DNA of 64,000 nucleotides, taken from contig NC_087251.1 of NCBI RefSeq assembly GCF_037042905.1, positions 18,292,001 to 18,356,000 of the forward strand, given 5' to 3'. A program made the translations under genes and the position numbers. The notes under the pieces were generated by a model. The model was not told the origin of the DNA. It ran no database searches and saw nothing but the letters and a program-made list of their open reading frames with translations. This document shows, one piece after another, positions 12,816-23,427 of this stretch (position 1 is the stretch's first letter; each line of letters begins with the position of its first letter). Origin of the DNA: Lytechinus pictus (taxonomy: Eukaryota).

Positions 12816-15800
12816 CGCATACATTCGTAATTCCGACGCTTCGTTATTCCGAAGGTTCGGTTATTCCGAAGATTCGTATTTCCGAAGGTTCGTCAATCCG
12901 AAAATGAAATGAGGTTCGTAATTTCGAAGGTTCGTTAATCCGAAAACGAAATAAGGTTCGTAATTCCGAAGGTTCGTTATATAGTCCGAAAACGAAATAA
13001 GGTTCATAATTCCGAAGGTTCGTCAGTCCGAAAACGAAATGAGGTTCGTAATTCCGAAGGTTCGTCAATCCGAAAACGAAATGAGGTTCGTAATTCCGAA
13101 GGTTCGTTAGTCCGAAAACGAAATAAGGTTCGTTAATCCGAAAATTAGATAAGGTTCGTATTTCCGAAAATGAAATCAATTCATTTTGGTAACAAAAACG
13201 GTGTTGTCATTACAAGATAACACGATATTATGCAATAATAGTAATAACGATCGATGATACATTGTGTGTGTTGTGGCCAAAGCATGTATTGCATTAAGAA
13301 TAGGCGCCCGTATCAAGCATAGGCTTAATTTCGATTTTATCTGAGCAATTGCTGCCTATAAGCAAATGGTTTAAGGATGCAGGGGATTAAGTTTGTTGGT
13401 TGCGTGCGAGTAACCTCCAGATAATAGGATTTGTATTGGAGGGGATGTCATTTTTAATAACAGCTTCTGCTGGTAATAGAAATAAAAGTAATACTAATAA
13501 TCATAATAATCCAAACGATGATCAAAATAAAAATGGTAATAAAGAATATAAATGTTAATGAAATTTCATTGATCGTTACGCCTAGTGTTGACAATGTTAA
13601 TGACGATCAAAATGATAACAGCTTAACATTTAATTTTTTTTTAAATCATATTCCATGTGAAATTTAAAAATGGAATGCATTTAGGTTCGTATCCATCGAA
13701 CAGTAGGCCCATGTGTGTGTATGTTGCGTCAGTGATGCTTATATATGGGTGTTGTGTGTTCGTGCATATCAGGGCCGAAGCCATGATTTTCTTTGAGGGG
13801 GTTCCGAATTTAAAAAAAAAGAGTGAACCCTTTGTAGTTCATGATCAGTTCCGTTACCTCCCGGGGCTGATCCAGCTTTCCCCAATGCGGGGGGGGGGGT
13901 TCCTTACGTTTTCCCCGATCGGCCGCTTAAATAAATAATGCGAGGGCAAGATCAATTTTTTTTTTAATTGTATGCATTCACACCTGAACAATAATTTTAG
14001 CTCTCATAGTAATTTTTGTATATTCGTATCTAAGTAAACAATTACTGCGAGCAGAAGGCAGAAGCTAAAATTTGCAATACACTGACCTAAAAACAGGAAA
14101 AGAGTACCTGTTTCAGATTGTTAGTGTCTCATGAGGAGGATAAAGAGGCGTATCTCATAAAACAGATAAGGCAAGCGCGAGCTGATATTTCTTTATATTC
14201 AGATTTTCAGATTCAGATTTATTTCCAACAGAAATGACATAAATATTGATACAAATCATTTTTCATACATTATAACAAATATTTACGATACAAAACATTC
14301 ATGATAATTAACATTATTATAAAGATAATACAAAACATTATTGTAGACAAAATTATGATATGTAGTTTAGATAGAAGAAAGGTATATGTGGAAATGGGAG
14401 ATTCACTCAAAAGCATAGCTTGTATAATGTGAACCCCCATCAAGGAAGAGAAAAGAGGAGAGAGAGAAAGAGAGAGACGCAATGGTTGTTATTTGCCTAC
14501 GGAGATTCACTGAATAGATTAAAAAGAACAGGATAATCCACAGAACAAGACAAAACGAAAAAAGAAAACGAAAAAAAAAAAAAACAGGACGACAAAAGGA
14601 AAAATAAACATAAAAAGAATCAGGACGAATTGCGACCGAAAGAGAGGATAAACAAAATGATAAAGACTAACAAAAATAACTTGAAGTCTGAGAGGAGATG
14701 ATAACGAGCGGGAATTAGTAATGAAGAACTCGGTAGGATTTAAGTAACAAGTTTTTCAGTTTTCTTTTAAAATAATGTATGGAAGGGCTGTTTTTTATGT
14801 TATTGTCGAGGGAGTTCCAAAATCTAGGGCCATCGAACATAAATGTACTCTTTGCCAATAAAGTTCTAATTCTGATCTGAAAGCCTGATATCTTAAACAT
14901 TTTCGTTACCTATTATCAAGATGGGTATCTAAAAGAACAATTGATGCGAGCACGAAGCGCGAACATAATTTTTTTTGTATTTCGATCTGAAAATAATTGA
15001 CAGTTTATGGACGTTTTTAATAAAAGAACAAGATATATATCCAATAAACGGTTGTTGCAAATCCGAAGCGCGAACTTTTTCGAGGTTTAGAACTAAAAAA
15101 TGGGTCATTCTATTCACTTTTTAATCATGAAAAATATGAATTTCTTGCTAAGAAATGATGCGAGCGCGAAGCACGCTCTGATTTTTTTTTTTTTTTTTGA
15201 TTTCTTATTGAAATGCCCCAAAGTTTTAGCTTGTGATTCACGCTCGCAACACCTCGCAATAATGCCATTTTAAGAATGATTGACCCCAAAAACGAGTTTT
15301 ACAACTTCAGTTTTGAATTTTTTTTCCAAGCCGCTCGCTCAATATACTCTCTCGCGAAAAATAAAGCCTGAATATACATCTTTCCATAATCAGAAGTCAT
15401 TTCAAAAAGGCTTTTCTCTACTTAATTATTATAAAACACGCAATGACTTCACGCAGATTATAATCTCAAGGTGAAAATAAAACCAAAGTGCCCATTTTGA
15501 CGTATGAGTTTTATTTTTGGCTTTGCCCCCCAAACGAAAATTCGTTCGGCCGCCCTTGCCTTCCCATCCTCATAACAATTGTACAGCAACGGTGCCCCCC
15601 CCCCTTGCCTCTGCCTCTGCTTTCCCGGTTTTCATTTTTCGAACCTTATTTCGTTTTCGGATTAACGAACCTTCGGAACAACGAACCTTATTTCGTTTTC
15701 GGATTAACGAACCTTCGGAACAACGAACCTTATTTCGTTTTCGGATTGACGAACCTTCGGAACAACGAACCTTATTTCGTTTTCGGATTAACGAACCTTC

Positions 15801-15996
15801 GGAACAACGAACCTTATTTCGTTTTCGGATTATCGAACCTTCGGAATAACGCCACAATTGTTCGGATTAACGAACCCTTTTTCGTTTTCGGATTAACGAA
15901 CATCGAGGTATAGGCAATTTACGTGTTTCGGAATTACGAACCTTCGGAATAAAGAACCTTCGGAATTACGAACCTTCGGAATTACGAAGTGTAACC
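12816..15996. mobile_element. Foldback-type element with inverted arms of 42-bp tandem units
   Basis: Arrays of TTCGTAATTCCGAAGGTTCGTCAATCCGAAAACGAAATGAGG at ~12822-13175 and the reverse complement at ~15635-15996; candidate TSD ACCGCCTC / ATCGCCTC. Confidence 0.7.
14198..14880 (-). mobile_element. 5'-truncated LINE (CR1/L2/Crack-like) 3' end
   Basis: Minus-strand peptide RTLLAKSTFMFDGPRFWNSLDNNIKNSPSIHYFKRKLKNLLL is typical of CR1/L2-group ORF2 C-termini; followed by a 3' UTR ending AATAAA-(TCTGAA)n at ~14198-14225. Confidence 0.7.
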
Positions 15997-16041
15997 ATCG
16001 CCTCACCAATTAAGGGTTTCCAAAGGGTAGGTATAGCTTTA

Positions 16042-16225
16042 GGTTTAGGGAACCTTGATTTAAGCTACGCCTACCATTTTTATCTTCATCCATTTCTTTT
16101 ACAACATATCTAAATAAAAATAGTTTCCAAAGGGTTGGTAGGTTTAGGGAACCTTGATTTAAGCTCCGCCTACCATTTTTATCTTCATTCATTTCTTTCG
16201 CAACATATCTGAATAAAAATAGTTG
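16042..16225. repeat. Two-copy ~99-bp tandem duplication
   Basis: GGTTTAGGGAACCTTGATTTAAGCT..CCTACCATTTTTATCTTCAT starts at 16042 and again at 16141. Confidence 0.8.
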
Positions 16226-16305
16226 ACAAAGCTATACGTTGTATAACACTCCAAATTAATAGACCCATGGTTTGAAATCGAAAAGTAAAGTTGGAGAGGG
16301 CTCAC

Positions 16306-16457
16306 AATTGGCGTACCTAGGATTTTCCAGGATTTTCGTCAGGGGGGCAAAAATGTCTTTCAAGCTCGTCAGGGGGGGCAGGGATACATGCATGGGTGGT
16401 GGCTCGTCAGGGGGGCAGACTGCCCCTCTGCCCCCCCCCCCCGTAGGTACGCTAGTG
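16306..16457. mobile_element. MITE with 6-bp TSD
   Basis: Ends ..TGGCGTACCT / AGGTACGCTAGTG, flanked by GCTCAC on both sides. Confidence 0.6.
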
Positions 16458-16516
16458 GCTCACATCTTATTTTTCTGCAAAGTAGATAGGTTCACGGTCC
16501 CTGTTCCGTGCTAAAT

Positions 16517-18263
16517 CATAGGCGGATCCAGGGGGACGAGGGGCCCGGCCCCCCCCCCCCCTATTGGCAGAGAAAAAAAAGGAGGAAAGAAAGGAAAAAA
16601 GAAAAAGAAGGGGAAACATAAGAGGAGGAAGACAAGTGAATAAAATAAGATGAGGGGAAGACTTGGAAAATAATTTTAAAAACCTTTCATGTCACTATAT
16701 AAAATTTTCGCTCGCGCTTCGCGCTCGCATTGGCTTTTAGGTGATTTACATATCTTGCTCAATATGGAGCTTAAATTACCAAATTTTGAAGTCAATATAC
16801 AAAGCATATTACAGCTCGGAAATCGAACTTTCATTATTTTGTTTGATTTACAAATTGATTTTTAAAAAGTGCTCTGTGAAAATTTCAGTTTTATGGTCTG
16901 AATATTAAAATATTCTGCTCGCGCTGCGCGCTCGCAAAGTTCAATTTGTCAGGTACCTATTATTTTCCTGTTTTCCATAAAGTTATCAAAATATCCATAT
17001 TCAGGTCACATTGTCACTGAAACGTATCAGTTAGCGCTGCACGCTCGCATTTTGATTGGTGAGTTATGTATATCTCAATATTTATTCTATAACAAACTAC
17101 TTAAAATCTCAATTTCATGCTTGCAATTTGCGCTCGTATTGATTGTTGAAAATATATTAACTCATGCATCTTATTCATAATTACAAAAGTGCTTTAAATG
17201 TCCAGTTTTCAAGCCATATTATTAACAGATTTCGCGCTCTCATTAGGCTTATTATGTTATCAAATAAGATATTGATTTAATAATCAAACTTTTTTTTTTT
17301 TCAGAATGGAATATCGACAAGTTTCATCTCGCGCTTAGGAAGGGAAATAGGAAGATAGTCACCATTTTCATATAATGTTCTTAAAATGTCCCAGTCCTAT
17401 GTCAACACTCAAAGGAATTATATTGAAACATATCAGCTTTTTTAATGAACCATATCCACCTCACAATTTTCCCTTTTCAGATCGGAATATCAAATATTTT
17501 AAGCTCGCACTTCGCGCTCGCTTTATTGATTTTCATGATAAAAAAAGGTATAGGAATGCCCAGATTCTATAGATCGCGCATGTTTTTTTCAAATAAAATA
17601 GCAGCTTGTTCTCTATTTAATTCATTATCCAATATATTAAAAAAATTCTGCTCACGCTTTGCGCTCGCATTATTAATGTAGAAAGATTTCCAATTACTCA
17701 TCATTTTCATGATTTACATAACATGAATAGAGTGCCACATTTTTAGGTATAAATCTCGAATTTTTCCGCTCGCGCTACGCGCTCGCATCAATTGTTTAGT
17801 TATATACGTAACCATTTAGGATCACAAACATTGCCCAGAATATCTAAATTTTAGGACAAAATACTTGAAATAAAAAAAATAGCTCGCGCTTCGCGCTTGC
17901 ACTATTTAAATAAGGCTTATGATATTATTATATATTTATGTTGATTTATATGAATAAAGCTTAGAAGTGACTATTAGGACCAGTGGCGGACCGTGACCCG
18001 AAGGAGACAAAGCATTGGAGGGGCACAGCATTGTTCACAAAGAATACAGGACGTGCCCCAACAATCGTTTGTCTCCTTCGGGTCACGGTCCGCCACTGAT
18101 TAGGACTACCCCTTCAATTAAACAAACAAAAATCAACTTCGAGCAGCCGATCGGGAAAATGTGGCCGAAAAAATTCCGGGTCCCCCCACTGAACTAGAAA
18201 TACGTATTTCTAGTTCAGTGGTCCCCCCCCCCCCCCTATTGGCGAAGGCTTGATCCGCCCCTG
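16517..18263. mobile_element. ~1.75-kb non-autonomous TIR element rich in GCTCGCGCTTCGCGCTCG motifs
   Basis: Ends CATAGGCGGATCC / GATCCGCCCCTG, CTAAAT on both sides; related partial copies at ~50430-51455 and ~52919-54105. Confidence 0.7.
17981..18098. mobile_element. 118-bp hAT-type MITE nested in the previous element
   Basis: 31-bp perfect TIR CAGTGGCGGACCGTGACCCGAAGGAGACAAA; 8-bp TSD ATTAGGAC; empty site visible in the paralogous copy at ~51360. Confidence 0.9.
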
Positions 18264-18674
18264 CTAAATGAACACAAATCCTGCTTGATGATAGAGATTT
18301 TAAGGCATTGTTGTGATATATTTTGCTATAAAATACGCCCAAAATACGCCGAGGTTTGCAGGAGAGGCCTCGATCGACCGAAGGGATGACCAAGCGCTGA
18401 CCACGTGTTTATTTGTTTGAAAACAAGGTGTAGTCTACTAATAATACACTTCAAAGACTTGCAATTTTTACCGTGCAGCGATCCCGAGGCCGAGGAGTTA
18501 TTTCATTAATCAACCGGTTGGCTTTTTTTTTTGTGGGATTCACCCCTCCCCCCTTCCCCCATCTTCGGATCCCCCATAATTACAGTAATCTCCTGTTTTA
18601 TTTCATTTTATATTCGAAGTTGTTTACTACGGATTAAATATATATAGACTAATCATTACCAAGCGAAAGAGCGA

Positions 18675-18969
18675 GATAATGACGTAAGGTTTAACCAATC
18701 ACAAGAGCGATTTTTTTTTTGCGTAATATTCTATTAATAGAGATAAAAGGGGATTTTTTTTTTCTCACTGCACACGTACACGATACGATGTTTTGTTGCG
18801 TACCGCGACTGACACGTCTTGCATGCTGCAGCCTGCAGGCTTTTGGAGATCGTAAAGTCTGGTACAAAAAGGGCGATTTCCCAAATATTGCTGTCACTTT
18901 AAATGCATCGCATGCCTGCTTACTAACTGACTGTCAGCCTGTATTGCTATCTTCGCTTGACTGGTAAGT
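18675..18969 (+). promoter_or_regulatory. Candidate promoter and non-coding first exon of the cpRAS gene
   Basis: CpG-containing unique sequence with CRE-like TGACGTAA (~18680), CCAAT (~18695) and a strong donor CTG|GTAAGT at 18963/4. The ATG exon (23411-) starts after an acceptor, so an upstream UTR exon is expected. Inference only. Confidence 0.35.
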
Positions 18970-19314
18970 GGGTTTTCATTAGACCCTCCTTAAAACTGTC
19001 TGAAGTGACTTAAGTTAAGTTGCGAGGTTGCGATGAAATGACTGAGGCTGCAGGGCTGACTTTGCATTTTTGCTTGAAATTTGGCCATCTGCCTCTGGCT
19101 TTGCAAATTTTCTTTTCCACTTGTGCTGTCAGTGTCATGACATGTGTTTGCTCTGTTTTGCCAGATATATTATTTTGAACCTTCTCCATATTTTTATTTT
19201 CAACTGTGGGTGGCTGTCGCAAAAAATAAAAGGAACTCTTCCCCAGTCAAAATTTATATAGGCTGACACTTTTTCTTTTAATTTTGAGAATAGGCCTAAT
19301 GACAATGTAATTTT

Positions 19315-19778
19315 CTCGGGGGGGGGGGGGGGGGGCAGTAAAATATATTGCTGTACACATGCGTGACCAAAAAAACGTGTTTAAAGGGGTGTTTTTTTTC
19401 AGTTTTGGACGTGGTCCGCGCGTGGACTCATTAAGGGTAATATAAAAAACACAAATTTTCAAGAAAAAGGGTGGTTTTGAAAGACTGGTCAGTCGCGGGG
19501 TCAAATGTATTTAGGGTATGTTTTTTTCCCCCAAAGCTTTTTTTCAAAGACTAGCCAAAAATGTTTAGGGTATGTTTTTTTTCCCAAGCTTTTTCCCCAA
19601 GGTCATATTTTGGCGACATCTTGTTTAGGGGCCAAAATGTGTAAATAAAGCCTGCGAAAAACTTGTTTAGGGGGTTAATTCTGCACACACAGAAAAACTC
19701 GTTTAGGGGGTGTTTGGAAATTCTGGTCACGCGTGTGTACAGCAATATATTTTACTGGCCCCCCCCCCCCCCCCCGGG
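19315..19778. mobile_element. Non-autonomous TIR element with poly-G/poly-C ends and 8-bp TSD
   Basis: Long imperfect TIR (G)n-CAGTAAAATATATTGCTGTACAC..GCGTGACCA and its reverse complement; GTAATTTT flanks both ends. Confidence 0.8.
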
Positions 19779-19811
19779 GTAATTTTGCATATAGACCCTC
19801 TTGGTTTACCT

Positions 19812-20364
19812 TAGACAGGAATAACCGTCGTTTCTCTGGATTTATTTAACAATTTCTGACATTTGATGAGTGGAGCCAAGTCAGCCAACGTAGTTCAGCG
19901 GAACAACCAAATACAGAGACTGAAGCTTTTGGTCTAGGTTTACCTTTAGACAGCTGGCAGCCTTCTGTTTTGAGGAGTTTTTTTTTTTTAATTTCTCCTC
20001 GTACACAGACGGCTCGCTATCGTGCAGCCACCATTAGGGGGTAAACAACGCAAAATCCCCCCGACGGTGCTCATCGATTTTTGTCTTTATTTCATAAAAA
20101 TATGTATAAAGAACTGGACCAAAATAAAGATTATTATTCCGTTTTGGCCTGAAACGCACCAAAACGGGGAAAATAAACTTAAAAGGGAAAAAACAGTGAC
20201 TTACTTCGGCTGTCGCGCAACTTCATCGGAACTTAATGCATAAACATATGGCCATTGAGTCCCTGTACAGATCGAGCTAGAACTTCGGTCTCTGTATTTG
20301 GTGAGTGGAGCCAACGGAGTTCAGCGGAACAACCGACATAACAGAGACCAAATCTTTTGGTCTA
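19812..20364. mobile_element. Two AcademH-like elements in tandem (19812-19936, 19947-20364)
   Basis: Both run TAGACAG...TTTTGGTCTA and are separated and flanked by GGTTTACCT(T) at 19803, 19937 and 20365. Confidence 0.8.
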
Positions 20365-22497
20365 GGTTTACCTTTGCTTTTTGAAATTGTCTGACATGCA
20401 TCAAGTTTTTACGACCGGGAGATCTACAGGACTACCAACACTCTTGTACAGATGATGATGATGATGAACTAGACTACATTGCATGTTGGTGCCGGGTGGA
20501 TGAAAATCAAGCTTTATTCTATATTACATGTAGAGTCTATTTATGTTTTCTGAAGAAAAGTGGTTCTTGTCAATTTTTTCTTTTGTTTTTTAAAATGACT
20601 GCAAATCGTTTATAAATTGTGTGATTTTATTTGATTTGAAATAATAAAAATTACAAATAGAGTCTATCATTTAGGGGTAGATCCTATTTTAAAGTTTTCT
20701 AGTCAGCCATGGGTCAGCTGATCCTGACCATAAAGCGTTAAGCGTAGACTGAGAAAATTCAGTTACCGGTACATCAAGCCCCAGCATCAAGCTAGCAATT
20801 TAACATGTTCTTTTAATTGTAGGCCTACATTTTGGTGGAAAAATAATGAATTTCAGGCATTTCATGTGATGACCTCAAAATGCCGTCTTTCTCATCAAAA
20901 TCCTTGAATCTTGTGTAAATTAGTGAATGCAGGGGCCGTGGAATGGTTTTGAATGTGTGGGGGGCTGACCATACAAAAATCACAATCAGATGGTCATTTA
21001 AATGTTTTTTACACGGTTTTGGAAATGTGGTTTTCGAAGAAAATCATATATTTCTCTCAAATTTTTATGAGATTTATGGCACACAATACTCATAAGAATA
21101 TAAGAAACATTATCAACTGAATTTTTTGTGATATTGAAAAAAAAAAGATGATTAATCTTTAATAAGTTAAATTGTTAGGTGCGCAGCCCTGGGGCCCCTT
21201 TCACACATGTACACATAGGTTCTTGCATCTAACAGTAAAAATCTGTCTTTTTTTTGTTGTATACCCAGTTGTTGAATGTCATAATGGGTGTATTTCTGGA
21301 CAGTAGTGATTTCAATATAGTTTTGCAAGCAATATTCATAAATTATTCAAGTCTTACACTGTAACGTTAGAAAATTTTCATATTACTTTTAAGAACAAAT
21401 GTTCATAGAATGTTCAAAGAATTCTACAGATTTTTCAATAATTTTATGAGATTCAATGGCAAAAGTGGAGGCTTTGTTTATTTGGATTTCCACCCCCTTC
21501 TCCTATCCAATGTTTGAGATTTCGACCTAAAATACAACATTCTAGGAACTTTTTGTATTATAAAGGATGGGTATCTTCCTAAAAAATAAAGTGGGAACTG
21601 AATATTTTTTACACACTCACCTGAAATGGAACAATATTGAGAAAAATGCATTCTTTGTCCTATTTGATCGTTAATATATTTGTGAAATCTGAATTAGGCA
21701 ACACTGGAGATTTTAAATGTTTCCACAAGAAAGTACATGTATTCCTGTCACTGCATGAAATTTAGAGATCTAAATTTAGCACTTGGGCTATATGATTACC
21801 TTTCTTTCCATGCACTCCCACTCCCTCCATTCAATTCCAGGGTATAAAACCAATAGGCAATATAATACATATACTCTTTCAGGTTGTGGTGCAATGCACA
21901 GTGTATGACTCATACACTCTTGGTCAATACGCTCACTACCTATATTGCTCAATACATAATGAGGAAGGAACGGACTCTGAATACCTGGTAATTGATAGCC
22001 TGTTGTCTTGGTGAATGATAACAATACATAATACCTGACAACTAAATTGTTGAATCGTTAAATTACTGATCAGCAGTTAAATATCACTCCTGAAATTGAT
22101 AGTAAATGTCACAATAAGAGCAAAGCCAAAGTGAAATTTCACAATTCTCAAATATCATTTGTACAGGATATGCAAAGTGAAATAAACACAACTGTTAAAT
22201 TCATACATTACAAGCGGATGAATATAGGCCTTTGTGTAATTATGCCTGTCTAATATTGCTTACAGACAAATCATATTGCTCTTGACAATCCGTTTTTCCA
22301 GAGGATTGCCTAGCATAACGATGTGAATGCAGACTATAGGTATTAAGTTCAATCATTATGTCAAGATTGATGCATATTTTATTGATAATCATGAACAGTT
22401 GGCTACCCAAGAATAGAGTAAACATTAAAAGTTTTGATGGCTTAATCATAAGATCTGTTAACTATTAATTGGTAATGCAATTGTTCATGGTGTCCAG

Positions 22498-22671
22498 GGG
22501 TCCGTTTCATAAAGCTGTTCGTAACTAAGTTAAGAGCGACTTTAAGAACGACTGGTGATCCTTTTTATACTCTAAACCATCGCCAATGAATCTACCATTT
22601 ACCACAAGAAAGGATCACCAGTCGTTCTTAAAGTCGCTCTTAACTTACGAACAGCTTTATGAAACACCCAC
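22498..22671. mobile_element. Palindromic MITE (PIF/Harbinger-like, CAG TSD)
   Basis: ~60-bp inverted arms GTTTCATAAAGCTGTTCGTAA..GAGCGACTTTAAGAACGACTGGTGATCCTTT; CAG on both sides. Confidence 0.75.
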
Positions 22672-23427
22672 CAGAAGTGTGTACATTGCAGTCAAAATGT
22701 TTACTGAATCAAAAGTGGCCCTCACAAGTCAAAACTGGCTTTCAATTTAAAGCCACTTGTAATATTGAGCTCAATATGAGCCAGATTTATTAAAGGTGAA
22801 AACTTGATAGACTTGCCATTACATTGAATTTTAGAAATTATTGTTTTTTCAGTCATACTTAATGTTAAAATCTAGGTGATTAAATTGGTTTCTGAGGATG
22901 ATGTTGCAGTCAGAAGAAGACTCGGTGTTTAAGTCATGTACTGATACTTTGTTGAAAAACGTTTCTCGAATTTGGTTTCCCACACCTGACTCGATTTTGA
23001 TTTATATGATAAAAGTCCTATTCATTACCAAAATATTGTCACCCCAATTTACAGTTAAAGACTTGGTGTTCTGATAATGAAATCATGTTTAACTCCAGAG
23101 TTCATAGTGCACATTCCTATGGAAATTGATTTTAATTAATTGAATTTCCTTCAGCATTCATGAAAAAGATAAGTACAGTGAATACCAAAGATATTCATGT
23201 AAATTCATTTTGTGCACCCAAGCCGCACATTATCCTTTACTTTTTCATTTCATAACATTTCTTGTTAACTTGTCACAAAAGCACAAGGTAATTTATAACT
23301 TGTAAATTGGTATGATACCGTATCTGATATAAGTATTTTAACTAGCCAGTGTTTAGTTTAAATGGGTGCATTTCCTCACTTTCTTGCTGTCGTTTCTATG
23401 TTGTAATCAGATTTACCGGTAGTCACC

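Noticed and set aside
12822..13175. CRISPR-like regular repeats (also 15635-15996) and their 14-aa repeat ORFs
   Set aside because: The 42-bp units abut without unique spacers, there are no cas genes and the context is eukaryotic; the ORFs are a by-product of the repeat.
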